Assembly (NCBI RefSeq): GCF_018977255.1
Contig: NW_024704742.1
Span: forward strand, 110,300,001-110,364,000
DNA: 64,000 nucleotides
Reading direction: 5' to 3'
From: Callorhinchus milii
Lineage: Eukaryota
The translations under genes and the position numbers were made by a program. The notes below the pieces were generated by a model. The model saw only the letters and a list, made by a program, of their open reading frames with translations. It was not told where the DNA came from and made no database searches. Below are positions 25,897 to 38,942 of the stretch, one piece after another (within the stretch, counting starts at the first letter, position 1; each line of letters begins with the position of its first letter).

Positions 25897-26288
25897 GGAA
25901 TTTCACAAGGATGAGAAGAGGATATAGCTTTTTGAAGAAACTTGAAAGGTTAGGCCAATTTTCATTGGAACAGAGAGGATCTTATAAGAGGGTTTTAAAG
26001 TCAAGATTATCATCAGAAGAATAAAGAGGGTTAGGATTTGAAATATTTTTGCGCAAGTGTTGTTGAAATGTGAGATGCCTTTATAATAAATGGTCATTGA
26101 AGAGCAGTCAATAACAACATTTAAAAAGGAATTGGTCAAATACTTGAGGAAAAATAATCTTAAAAGGGACTGGAAAAGAGCAGCAGTAAGGGATTAGAGG
26201 ACATAGCTCTGCTGGGGAATTGATGTCACTTCAGATATGATGGGCTGAATAGCTCCATGTTGTGCTGTAAACTTTCTATGATTCTCTA
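25897..26288 (+). mobile_element. Old CR1 3' fragment
   Basis: ttttcattggaacagagagg...aaatacttgaggaaaaataat...atgggctgaatagctcc...ttctatgattct tail. Confidence 0.75.
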
Positions 26289-26510
26289 GGCTTACGTCGA
26301 AGAAATCAAAGGTTATTTTAATATTGCAAACTCTCTAAGAGCTGGAAGTCATTAGATATTCAAATTAAATATTCTACTCTGGCAAGATATGTAAGTGTTC
26401 TCTTATGTTTTCTTCAGGGTAACCAAGACTTTCAGGAAAATAGAATCTATTAGATAGTATTACTAAAATTAACTAATTAACGTTCAGCCAACAATCCCAA
26501 TTCAAGTTGT

Positions 26511-27081
26511 AATAAATAATAATAATAATAATAATCCTTGCATTTGATGTAGCGCTTTTCACGTCTTCTGGACGTCTCAAAGTGCTTCACAGAATATACT
26601 TCACTCAAAGGGTTGTGAATGTATGGAACTCACTACCCCAAAGGGCTGTTGACGCTCAGTCCTTGAACATATTCAAGACTGAGATAGATAGATTTCTTAT
26701 TGCAAAAGGGATTAAGGGATACGGGGATAAGGCAGGGTTAGGTTATTAGCTGGAGTTAGATTAGAAGATCAGCCATGATTGAATGGCGAGGCAGGCTCAA
26801 AGGGCCAAATGGCCTATTCCTGCACCTACATGTTATGTTATGTCATGTTAAGTGAATTGACTGTATATGCTGTGGGCGAAACGCGGCAGCCAATTGTCAC
26901 AGCAGTGTCCCACAAACAGTTGTGGATTGAAGTGACCAATTTCTTATTGATTTTTATTCTTAAGGGCTTATTATTGGGCATGTGGAGTAAGGAAACTTCC
27001 CCAAGGTTTTGCCCTTCTGGGATTCGAACTCAAGTCTCTCGCTTGTCAGGCGAGTGCTCTAACCACTGAGCTACAGGACTC
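26511..27081 (-). mobile_element. S1 SINE, full length, interrupted by a CR1 at 26600-26848
   Basis: Tail part 26511-26600 and body/head 26849-27081 join into a contiguous S1. Confidence 0.92.
26600..26848 (+). mobile_element. Younger CR1 3' end nested in S1
   Basis: Translates as FTQRVVNVWNSLPQRAVDAQSLNIFKTEIDRFL; 3'UTR gatcagccatgattgaatggcg...aatggcct and (ATGTT)n tail. Confidence 0.92.
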
Positions 27082-27685
27082 CTTAATAAAATATAATTAA
27101 CAAAATCTTACAAATGATCTATTTTAGAATCAAAGCCTACAACAAACACCCAAATGCTTCTTATTCCTCCCGATGCATATTTTGAATAGTTTAGATAACA
27201 TCTTATGTTATTCAGAAATAGTTTAAATATTTAACCTCCCACAGTAGAATTCCTAAAGATTCCCACAGAAACTATACATTTGCAACTTGAAGGAGTCTAT
27301 ATACATTGAATTTCATATGCAATGCTAATATGTTATTAATTACATCCTTATCTATGCTGAGTATAAGAGGAGGCTTCAAAAGACGTTGGCAACTAAGACG
27401 GGCTATAGCCAGGAATAGAAACTGAACAAATCCCCAAAAATTGGAAAAATGTACATTTCCCAAATGAGTTAATTTGAAGATGAATGTTGGACAGTGAAAG
27501 TGCATATAGGTGCAACTTTAGTAATATGGCAGAAATGAAAAAGAACTTACATGGAAATGTATTCAAGAGCTGGTGACTAACTTTGAGCATGAAATCCTCA
27601 AGTTCCTCAAGGCCTCCTGTTCCCATACTTCTCCCCAACATTTATACTCACATAAATATACACAATACAGTTAATGGATGACCAA

Positions 27686-27775
27686 TTCTGACGAAGGGTC
27701 GTTGATCCAAAACATTGAACTCACTTTCCTTTCTCCATAGATGCTGAGTGTTCCCATCCACTTCTGAGTTTGTTT
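27686..27775 (+). mobile_element. Penelope-like terminal fragment (tentative)
   Basis: tctgacgaagggtcg...aaacattgaactc...tttctccatagatgctg resembles, from memory, a Penelope-type terminus common in shark genomes. Confidence 0.45.
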
Positions 27776-30700
27776 ACAGTTAATGGAAATTCTCTCATGT
27801 TTGATAGTTGACCCACTTGGTTTCAGAAGTTGTAAAATGTTGTTGCACACAAAATTACATACAAATACCTGATCAATTCTACCAATGCACCTCTGTAAGC
27901 CACTTGTGAATATGAATGCCCTTCTACCACCATATTGCTGGAAAGGACAAGTACATACTCAACTCAATTTTTCAAAGATCAGAAGCCGATACCCTTTCCA
28001 ATTAGTCTGCAAACTCAAAGCATTTGTAAAATGTACACGCTTTTTGTTATCAGACTTGAAGGGATCTTCACTCTCCAAGTTTTTGGTAGGGTAAGTTAAG
28101 GACTCCCCACCCCTCCCAGCCCCCTCCAAAACCATGTACCTTAGTGGCTGAATCAGCAACACTATATGGCAGTGGTTTCCTTTCATTCTTGGTAGGAGTT
28201 TTTTGGTAAGGATGCACGCAATGGTATTGAAATAATAGATCCTGCTACTTTCGATCATATTTTCATTGGACAAGTTAACCCAAAATTCATAAAATCACAA
28301 ACAAGTCCAAAATAACTCATTTTGGAGAATATGGGATCTGACAGACTATTCCTCATGAATACCCTACACAAAATCCAGAAGGCTACCTACCTTAACTATA
28401 GGGACATGTCTCTCTATTTCATTTCTCCATCAATGGATACCCTCGAATGCTATGAGTTGATGACCAATAAATACCATTTAAACAATACTGAACTTTTCTT
28501 TTCATGGATTTTCTAGGATCTACAGGAGCAGTGAATGCTTTCACCCAGTGGATTTCATGAGGCACCAATATGATCCTGATTACCCCACTAGATAATCCAA
28601 TGATGATTGGAATCTTCTCTCGTGGATTTTCCAAGACTTTTTGCTTTCCTCAGTAAGATTTCTAGACCTAACCAAGATAACACAACTCCAAAGGGTAATA
28701 TGTTTGTTGCAGATGTATGGAGATGAAAAATATTCTGATTCTATCATTTACAGTAGTTTGTAGGTTGGAACCAGTTTAATCATCGTCACTGGACAAGGGG
28801 AAGTTTGCTAATCTTTAGTCGAATGTTTTGATGCATAGTATATGAAAACTTGTCATATAGGATTCTAATGTCTGATACTATCTAAGCAGTGAAAGTGAGG
28901 GGTTAAAATCTGCATTTTGCAAAAGAAACTATGCAGTGGTTTAACTGATTCAGTAGCTAAACCGTTGCATAGAAACATGGAAAGTTGGCTCATCCTTCGA
29001 ATGGGTACACTGAAACTACTCATGAGTAATTCAAAGCTGTTTTAATCCAAAATATTATAATGTTTAACACCACAAAGGAGGTGAGGGAGAGATAAGAGGT
29101 TAAGTGTTTTCCAAACGTTTCATTTTTTTCCCTGGCTTTCAAAATCTGTTGTGCTTTCATGCTTGCACTCAGTAACAATAAGTGAACTAGATAGCATACA
29201 CAACTCCCACAGTTCACATGCCAGCACATACTACAACAAAGAGTTACAATCAGCTAAGCAATACGTCGGCATGCTTCATCTCCTGTATTAAGGAGTGGGG
29301 AGTTTTGCTTTCTATCTGTGTGATAGTAAGAAGTGAAGGAAAACTCTTGTATGAACAGAAAGCCACTAAAGGGACAGGCTTAGCTAGTAAGATTCTCTTT
29401 TCAAATATTCAACCTTTGTTTTTTTCCCCCCAGTCTGATCACTTATTTGCAGTCTCAGCAAGCAAGAGGCAAGACTTTTATCTGCTTTGGCTTGTTTCTG
29501 CATACTAACTAGCCGGCAAACTGGGATCCTCTAAAGAACGAAACGGCATGAGAGACACACTGCATTTGACACAGTCAGGAGGCAAAAGAAAGAGCAAAAC
29601 AAAAGTCTATTCAGCCTCGAAACCTCTGATATACTCCACCCCCCACCCTCCCCACGGGAAAAAAAGTGAAGACATGGCTGAATGCCTGAAGCCTTTGGGA
29701 CAATGTGCAATGAATGACAGCTGACAGTCAGCTATAAGACAGCCCTCCAGGCTTTAAATTAACTCTCTGCACCCTGGAATGCTTCTGCACTATGCCAAAT
29801 GCATAACTTTCACATAAAACAACACCGTGCAGTTCTAACATACAATCATCATCTTAGGATACGTCATAACTTCAGTTATGCAGGTTACATCACCAGTTAG
29901 CTGTTCTTCCCAATGAGGCTAGGAGCACATTGAACAGAATATTCAATTCAGGAGACAACCAAGAACTCAGAACTTTAATCCAGGCAAATTATTCTATTTG
30001 CAATGATAGTTGGCAGAAATTACGAATGTTGTTTTGAGATAAAGTTCAGTCCTCAAAGGACCATATACTGTAATCACATTAGCTTCTGCTTAATCAATAT
30101 ATTTATTACAATAGAGAAAGAGAGAAACCATGGAGATGAAGGTTGTAGAGTAAAAGGCATTTTCTTTCAGATTCTGGGCCCTAACATAGGGATTCCAGAG
30201 CACCGTCCTATAGCTGCAGTGCCATCTGCAGTAATGGGGGAAACAACAGTCAAATTTATGTGCTTTGCTTAACCTATCTGTACTTCAAATGAAAGTAAGT
30301 TAACTTATTATTTTAAAAACTTATGATCCTTTTAGTTGGGCAAAGTAAAACCAGATCTAGTCCAGAACAACTGCAGGAAGAGGCATGTGAACAGAACAGC
30401 TAATCAGCACTAGAATGAAACAGAGCAGAAATCTGGGTTACTGCTGGAACAGGCATGCAGGCACTTCTTACTGTTAGACCTCTAATCCATCTTAAGTGGG
30501 TGGCTATAATATTCCTTATGAATTACATTACAAAGATCATTGCTTAAAATTATGTACTTGTCATAGGAATAACACCTTATTTTAGCACCTAGTTTACGTT
30601 ATAAAAAAATCTTTGAAACAATGTTCTGTGTTTTATGGATTATTTGTCCTGTGTACTGTAACGGTTTTGTGCTGCTAATGTTGTCAACTTTTTATCTGTT

Positions 30701-32617
30701 GATTTTAATAACATAATTAAATGGAACTCTCTAAATGCACCTTCCCTCTCCTATATTATATATTTGAAAATAAAAAGAAGTAAATTATTTATGTCAATGT
30801 CCAACTCGGAGATTTACTTATGTGTTTAAAATATCAAATATAATGCACTTTCTTGTTACCTTTCTGTAGCTGCCACAAATGTAAATCATCTTAATTTCTC
30901 TTGTTTATTTTAAGAGCATGCAAAAAGTTACCACGAATATTTGTTTTGATTTTTTTTTAGAATCCGCTAATTCACTACCTATTTTCCGAATGTATTTTTA
31001 CATGTTCTTTTAAATCAAAGTACTGAGCGTTTTAGCATATTTACCACACCGCACTAGCAGCTCATTAAGATAAAAGCACACACACATTATGCATTAAAAA
31101 ATAAATACTTGCTTCTGTGGCTGTGAAACATGTCATGAATATCCACCCTTGCATATATTATTTAAAAAAATCCTTAGAATAAATATTTTCAAGCAAACAG
31201 AATTCACGATTATTTTTGCCTTGTACAATCATTCTGTCATGTTTTATTTGTGAAAAGTATCGCAAATTTTAGGGCAATCTTTTTTTTACAACACAGAAAT
31301 GTCAAAATCCGATATCTGCAACATAAAACATCAAACAGATCCAGCAGACTAACCAAACATTTTCCTTCAACTGTGAAGCTACAAGTAAGCGCTTTCTGTA
31401 GGTTAAAAAAAATAGCTTCTTATCATTTTGAGGATTGGAGAGAAATGCCACTGTACACCATGAATCAAAACACATTTCAAAGCCCTGAAAATCTTTCGTT
31501 TTTTATCCTTTAATATTGCTCTTTGGTCTTTCCCTACCTCCTACAGAATAAACATTTGTCAGCTTAGACAGGGACTCGATTGAACTGCCCACCAACCCAT
31601 TCAAACAGGTTATTCTGACAAGTTGTGCTATGCTTTATGAATATAATTTCTAAATTCACTTATTCAAGCAAAACAATTAAAACTTTATATATGATATTTA
31701 TACTCCATGTAAATTGAAATACAGTATAAACACATTTAGCTCCAGAATCATTGCAACCATTTGCTGTTCCAGGGTTAGTTGAGGAGGGCTGCTTTACTAT
31801 CTGCATCTGCCAAATGTCTAAACTCTTCAGGTAGTGTCACCTGCTCAGACAACTGTAAGATAAGCCCAGAAAGTAATTGGAATAATATTTGTTGCACCAA
31901 ATTCCTTTTCATTTTGTCAGACTGCGTGCCTGAGCTGTGGTCTCTCTGGGTGTGGAAGGGTTAACTGACCTGCACAGATAGTCTACCATCACATAGAGCA
32001 CAAACAATTTGATTATTTGTCCAGCTGAGTTGGAATCCAAATATAATTGATTTCACCATTTGCAAGAGATACTGATATAAATGTAGAATGTTTCTTCATT
32101 CTTTCTTAACTTTATTGTCAAACAAGAGTTCAAAGCTGTTAAAGCTCTATTTTAAAAACAGCCTGGATTCATGGAAAAGGTCACAGGGGACTTCCTGTGG
32201 CCTCAGAAAGATGAACCCTTGGGGCCCTGCACTACTAATACTTTAGTAGGCATGGCAACTAACTTTAAGTTCCTGGCATTTTGCAAAGCATGAACTGTGA
32301 TAGCCTGTTCCTTACTACCCTACAAAAACGATGGGATGCTGGACTTTCTTTTCTAGGATTAGTTATGGCATTTGGATCTTTGAACTCTGAACTTTTTGTA
32401 ATCATTTCAACTGTAATTGCTTATTTTGAACGCTTAACCATTTTGTAGCACTAAATTGGTTCTTATCAAACCTCAAGCCATGTGTTTTTAAATGCAACAA
32501 AGTGAAATTATAAGTGCACCAATGATAATGGCTGTTAAGGGCTTCTGTGATTTCTAATGTAACTGGCATGTTAAGGCCCAACTTTCTCAGAGTGTGTTGA
32601 GCAAACAAAATGTGGAT

Positions 32618-32847
32618 TGGCACCAAAAGAGAAGGGAGCTTCTCCCAGTGTCCTGGCCAATAATTCCCAGGTAAAATTGATTATTTACTCAATGGCTGTT
32701 TGTGGGACATTGCTGCATGCAAATTGTCTGCTGCATTCACCTACACATACATAATCACGACACTTTACAATAAATTCTGTGAAGAGCTTTAAAACCATTC
32801 AAAGATGTAAAAAGGCCCTATATCAAATGCAAGAATTATTATTATTA
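32618..32847 (+). mobile_element. S2 SINE 3' half
   Basis: aaaagagaagggagcttctcccagtgtcctggccaa through tatatcaaatgcaagaattattatt. Confidence 0.85.
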
Positions 32848-32917
32848 CTCTTTATGCCAGTTTCAGGGCTAATTTTCAAAGGTACGTGGCTATGTGCCTT
32901 ACAATGTGTGCCGAGAC

Positions 32918-33023
32918 AGGCTCTAAATTAATATTCAGTTAAAGAATTTTCCCAAAATTTGCACAATTTAAATTTTAGGGCAAAAGGTGGAAGACTAAAA
33001 CTTAGTGGAATTTCAGTCCTCTA
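32918..33023. repeat. Family P, right arm
   Basis: ctaaattaatattcagttaaagaatttt...cacaatttaaattttag...gtggaatttcagtcctcta. Confidence 0.55.
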
Positions 33024-33608
33024 ATGCTTCATTGGGACACACACAAGGTGAAGACAATTTCCTCCCTGTGTGTCTCTATTGCAGCCATTGGAGCAGTCAT
33101 ATTACAAAAGCAAATATTTCACTGAATGTTTTTTTCAAAATGAAATATTTCAGTTACTTAATGTAAATGGTTTCCACTGTATAAGCAAAAGGAGCCAAAA
33201 AATATTCTTTCTTTAGTAAAATTGCACTTCTGTAAAAATAGATTGATGAGCCTTTGATACCATTCCAGCCCCTTAGGATTTGCATTGTTTTTTGACAGAG
33301 TGAAAGCTGGAGAAAAGATTGCGTGGAAAAGTTGAATTTAAGAAAGCAGGAGAGACATCTGCTTAAATCACAAATAGGTATATATCATACTTATATTGTG
33401 TTTGCTGTTTTTTCCACTGCCTTTCTTGGTCGAGTTCTCCTAGTTCACAAACCCTCTGAACAGTTCCTGCCCTGATCATCCTGCTGGCTGGATTTTTCAA
33501 AACAAGAAATGGATTCACAATAAATTGATGGAATGTGTGCATCTGTTTAAAATGTCTCAAACAGCAAACACAAGAGAGTTAAGATCTTTTTTACGTGTGC
33601 GGTAAACA

Positions 33609-33809
33609 AATAATCCCTCCAAAATAAAACAGTAATAAATTGGTCATTTTAAATCCACGACTGTTAGTGGGACACTGCTGTGCGCAATTGGCTGCCGCGT
33701 TTCGCACACAAATATACAGTCAATTCACTTTAAAGTCTATTCTGTGAAGCGCTTTGAGATGTCGAGAAGACGTGAAAAGCGCTATATCAAATGCAAGGAT
33801 TATTATTAT
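33609..33809 (+). mobile_element. S1 SINE truncated at the internal AATAATCC motif
   Basis: Begins aataatccctccaaa and ends ggattattattat. Confidence 0.92.
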
Positions 33810-33869
33810 ATTATCATCTACAATTGAGAGAATTGCAATGGAAACTGCACAGAATAATACAGTACTTAG

Positions 33870-33929
33870 GTGTCAACCTGGCGCAGTTGGAAGCATTCTA
33901 AGTGTCTAAGTCAGAGGATTGTAGGTTCA
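33870..33929 (+). mobile_element. S2 tRNA-like head fragment
   Basis: gtgtcaacctggcgcagttggaagca...gtcagaggattgtaggttca. Confidence 0.55.
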
Positions 33930-34113
33930 TTGGAACATATTATTTACTTATTCAAGGACTTTAGCTTGAGGCCATGAGTCCATGCCTCACCAACGAACAA
34001 TACAGTCTGGTCAACCAACAACAGAACCTTGGCTTTACTGCAGACCAAGGAAACCCCACTGGCTCTCTCCCTTTCTACACATCAGAAATATATTTCCTAG
34101 ACGCTGCACTGGG

Positions 34114-34144
<31 letters not shown>

Positions 34145-34269
34145 AATAGTGCCTTATCATGCCGTTGAGACATTTCAAAGTGCTTCAGAGAATATATTAT
34201 ACAGTGAATTGACTGTGTATTTTGTGGGTGAAACGCGGCAGCCAATTGCTCACAGCAGTGTCCGACAAA
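34114..34269 (-). mobile_element. SINE 3' fragment with (AAT)n tail
   Basis: gtgaattgactgtgtattttgtgggtgaaacgcggcagccaattg. Confidence 0.85.
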
Positions 34270-34609
34270 TTTAAACCCAAGACCCTCATCCCACCTGTCT
34301 CATACTCCACTGACTGAAATACCCACAATGTTAATTTACAAAAACAGTACACAGCTAGAGGCACAGCAATCAGAACTGTGTTTGGATTGACAACAAGATA
34401 AACAAGAAGGATTGCACTGCTGGTTTTATAAATTATGCTTTTCAATTAGAATGTTAAGTCAATGAGAACTGTGATTTTGGGTAACCATGTACTATTTTTA
34501 ATAGCAACTTTGTGTACTATTTTAGAAGTAAGTTTGTTTCCTTTTTTAAGTCACTATTCATTGTTTATTTAACTCTTTTTCTTAACTAATTTCTGTGCCA
34601 CATATTTTA

Positions 34610-34680
34610 GTGTCAGCCTCGTTCAGTTGGTAGCACTCTTGTCTCTAACTCAGAAAGTTGTGGGTTCAAGCCCCATGTCG
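34610..34680 (+). mobile_element. S2 tRNA-like head fragment
   Basis: gtgtcagcctcgttcagttggtagcactct...gttgtgggttcaagcccca. Confidence 0.7.
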
Positions 34681-36806
34681 GAACTATCTATATTTTTCTA
34701 GACCCTTGATTGCTGCAGTTTCTACTCTATATTTATGTTTCATTGTCTGTATATTGTTCATTCTATATTTTTCACTGTCTAGGCATATCAAAGATAGTTC
34801 ACAGCTATCAAAAGATTCAGATTCTCTTTCACTTGTAGAAAGCAAGGATCGCATTACCTTAATTTTAAAACAAAGAGTTTCCCAGATTGTTTTTCTACTT
34901 ATAAACAGTGATAATCTCATAAACCCCTTGGAGTGAACACGGCTGGGCTTATTAAATTGTTAGAGACTCCACATTCATTTGTGCTTTTGGATTCCGATTC
35001 AATATCTTCCACGATAGTTTCTGATTCATTCCACTAAAAATGATACCCTTCCTTGTCCACAAGGCAATCCCCTCTGTGGCAGGTGAATTTTAGTGTCAGG
35101 TAGCCCAGGTTCTTGAGCTCATTGCTATTTAGCTGAGGAGCTAGCCTTCCTACCCTGTAACATTCAGTAATGTTTCAATCACAGCCACACACCAGCAGTA
35201 CCCACTATTATGACCTTTTGTAATGAGCTGAATTAATACAATCCTAGGAGGAGGTGGGGAGGCTAAATTTACAAGCTAGCATTTTTTAAGAGCCTCACAG
35301 ATGTCCAGCTATTCAAAGATCTTTATACTTTGCTTTATTTGTTCAGAGCACAATTGATGAAGCTTCCTTACATCGCCACACAATGTCTCACTTTCTTGGA
35401 TCTTCAATAGTATCCTTCGCTAATTAGGTAATAAACATGAAATCTGTTAAGGATCTCTTCACAAATTTGACATGAAGAGGCAATTACCACCAAGATATTA
35501 AATTTTCAATAGCTTTACAATTGTACTTAGTAATTTGTTGCTTTCCTGAAGCATCTCATGTATAAATAAGAAGCAGACAAAAAAAGCGTGTTTTTTTCCA
35601 TTGTCAAACCTTCATTCTATTGTCAAATGAAACTTGCATTCACTTCCAGAGTAGAAAACATTTCTACAGCTATATATGAACATCTCCTTCCCCCCATCAG
35701 CTAGTGCAGTGGCTAGGCAGAGTGTGTTTGCTGTTCATCTCAGGGTATCGCAGAGTGACATATCTCTGTTCGGGTGTAAATGGGAAAGATTTCTATCCAT
35801 GGACTCAAGAAAAAACAAACTAAATGCTTAATTAATATAAGAGGTGTATGCTCTGTCATTACATAGATGCAATGCTAAAAGCCAACACAAGCTTATCTGA
35901 TGCTTAGTTGATAAGTTCAACTGCTTGTGTAGATCTGAACCATTCAGATCAGGAAGGGGACAAGTTCAATCCATGATCTGTCTGGATCTATCTGATCTTA
36001 ACCTAGATGATGGTGTGACACTACAATCGGCTTGAGAGCAGCTGAACTGGAAAGGATCAAAATTAACCAATGTTATTGCTTCTGTTCACCCACCCAACGA
36101 ACCCTGTTGGAAAGTATTTATAAATCTATAACATTTAGGGGTCAAAATGATAATGAAATAAAAGAATCTGGATGGGTTTGTATATGTTTCATTGCATCCT
36201 AAATAGGGAGAGGACAAGACCTCGGGGAAAGGCTCTGAAATATTCTTCTCCTTGCACCGGATCCATCAGAGCAGAGGAAAGAGGTATGGATGGCAGTCCC
36301 TTTGTCATGAGAAGAGGACGAGGGTGAGACATTTAGAATCATAGAAATTTACAATGGATGTTCAGCCCATTGAGTCTGCACTGGTTCTCAGAGCAAGGTA
36401 CTCTTTCCATCCCACTGCCCTGCCCTAGGCCCATATCCCTTCAAGTGAACAACACTGACAAAAACAAACCCAGCACACAGATGCACCCCCTGGCCGGGAA
36501 GTTGAGATCTGAAAGCTTTGTGGTGAACCTGCAAAAGGTCCAAGCCACTAGTGCTGTTTCACAGCTAGGTCAAGAGGGGTTGAGTGGACCACATCTTTGC
36601 TTTCCTCCTTTGGAGCTCCATCTCCTCCTGAAATGACTGGAAACTGAGTGGAAGAAACTCTGCTGAGAGGCCTGACACTTCCAACCAAGGAATTGGAGCA
36701 AACTGAGATGGTACCAGGGCACCAAAGGCTGAAGCTCTCATGACATCTCAGTTGACCTCTGCATCAAGATGGGGGATAAAGTGCTTTAAGGTATCCGCTT
36801 GATGTG

Positions 36807-38445
36807 AACAACAACAACTTGCACTTATATAGTGCCATCCATGCAGGATAGTGTATCAGAGCGCTTAACAGTGGCGGAGCCTGACTCCAAGCAGGGGGGA
36901 GGGGGGAACTGGGAGGTGGCTGTAAGCTTAGACGAAGAGGAATGTTTTCAGCCAGGACTTGAAAGAGGGGAGAAAGGAGGCATGGTGGAGGGATTGAGGG
37001 AGAGTGTTCAAGAGTTTTGTGACGTAGTGGCTGAAAGTGCGACCTCTGATGGTGGGCCGGAGAGTGCGAGGGATGAGCAGGAACCCGGTGCCAGTTGAGC
37101 GGGTGGTAGATTTGGGAGTGAGGAGCTCGGAGAGGTAGGGAGGTGCCAGGAAGTGAATGGATTTAAACACGAGTGTGAGGATCTTGAAGTCGATCCATTT
37201 GGTAATGGGGTGCCAGTGGAGCCTGGCCAGAACTGGTGAGATGTGGGTATGGAGTTTGGTCCAGGTCAGTATGTGGGTGGCAGAGTTTTGAATGAGCTGA
37301 ATCTTCTGAAAGGTGGAGCTAGGGAGACGGGCAAGGAGTGAGTTTGAGTAATCCAAGCGGGAGGTGACAAACGCATGCACGAGAGTTTCGGCTGCATTTG
37401 GGGTAAGATACAGTCATAGGCGTGCAATGTGGCAGTGGTGGAAGAGGTGATCCTGGTCAGGTATCGGATATGGGGGAGGAAGGACAGCTGGGGGTTGACC
37501 TGGATGACTAGGTTGCGCACTGGTTCAGTGAGTCTGAGGGAGAGCTCAGGGAGATTGAGGAGTTTAGATCTGCAGGAGTGAAGACGTTGACAGGAGCCAA
37601 GGAGTACGGTTTACGTCTTGTCCATATTCAATTGCAGGAAGTTTACATTCATCCAGGCCTTGATGTCTGCCAGACAAGCTAATGGAACATCGGGGACCTT
37701 GAGTTGGTATTGGAGGAGGCAAAATAGATTTGTGTGTCATCTGCATTGCTGAGATGAAATGGAGGCGGTTGGTTAAGTAGGACTTGAACCATGTGAGTGC
37801 GCTCCCACTAAGGTAGAAGGGGAGAGCCAATGGAGGAGGATGGCGTGTTCGACTGCATCGAATGCAGCAAAGAGATCCAGGAGGACAAGGAGGCAGAGGG
37901 AGCCCTGGTCACAGATAGAGAGAATGTCGTTTGTGACTTTGACAAGCGCTGTTTCTGCGCAATGGGCAGGGCGAAAACTAGACTGCAGGGGCTCGAGGAG
38001 CGAGTCTCGGAGGGAGAGGTATGACCAAAGTTGACTTGCAACATTGCATTCCAGGACTTTGGCAAGGAAGGGTAGGTTGGAGATGGGATGGTAGAGTGGG
38101 AGATTAGAGGGATAGAGGATGGGTTTTTTGAGGAGGGGTGTGATGTCAACAGTTTTCAGGGGGAGTGGAACAAAGCCTGAGGAGACAGACTAGTTGACCA
38201 TGTCGGCCAACAGGAGGGAGAGAAAGGGGAGTTGAGTGACCAGCAGCTGAGTGGGCAGCTGTCGAGGCAGCAGGTGGTGAATTTCATGCAGGTGATTGTG
38301 GTTGAGAGGGAAGAGGGAGAAATGGGTGCAAAGGAGTGTAAGGAGGGGGTGGTGGCACAGGCTGTGGCGGAGGGAGAAGGCAGTGTGGATGGTTTGAATG
38401 GGGTGGAAGGGGACATGGGGGTGGAGGACGACGCAGCCAAGCAGC
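36807..38445 (-). mobile_element. L2 LINE, longest copy in the window, with internal deletions
   Basis: HAFVTSRLDYSNSLLARLP...LHWHPI..IDFKILTL; upstream remnants equivalent to PLQSxFRxxHxxET and LLDLxAAFD; the GVPQGSVLGP segment is deleted just before ADDTQ (about 37745). Confidence 0.93.
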
Positions 38446-38539
38446 ACTAAATAAATATAAATTATAGTGTAAATTTTTGTATAAAATATTCTTTGAAAGA
38501 AGAAAGCCATGTCACAAAATCACAATCATTGGCCCCGAT

Positions 38540-38942
38540 GGAGATCTTTAACATCATGAGGGGTTTTGATAGTCAATAGGAAGATAATATTTTCTACTGG
38601 TCAGTGAGTTAATGACTACTGGCTATCAATTTCAAATAATTAGCAAAGGGGGAGATTAGGAGAATTGTTTTTAGAATTGGAAGGATATGGGATGCCCTGA
38701 ATGCCGAGTGCAGTGATTGAGGCAGAGTCTATATTAACTTTCAAGAGAGCACAAGATAAATATCTAAAAAGGAGAAATTTACAGAGATATGGAAAAAAGA
38801 TATGTGAGGAGAAGGGAATAGGTGAACTTTGGAGAGGGAATTGCAAGGGTTGGAGATTGTGCGAATTATAAACGCTAGCAAAAAGTAGTTGGGCCAAATG
38901 GCCTGTTTCCATGCTCTAATGTTCTACACAATTCTATGCAAT
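38540..38942 (+). mobile_element. CR1 3' fragment
   Basis: atcatgaggggttttgatag...gtgattgaggcagagtctat...gttgggccaaatggcctgtttccatgct. Confidence 0.8.
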
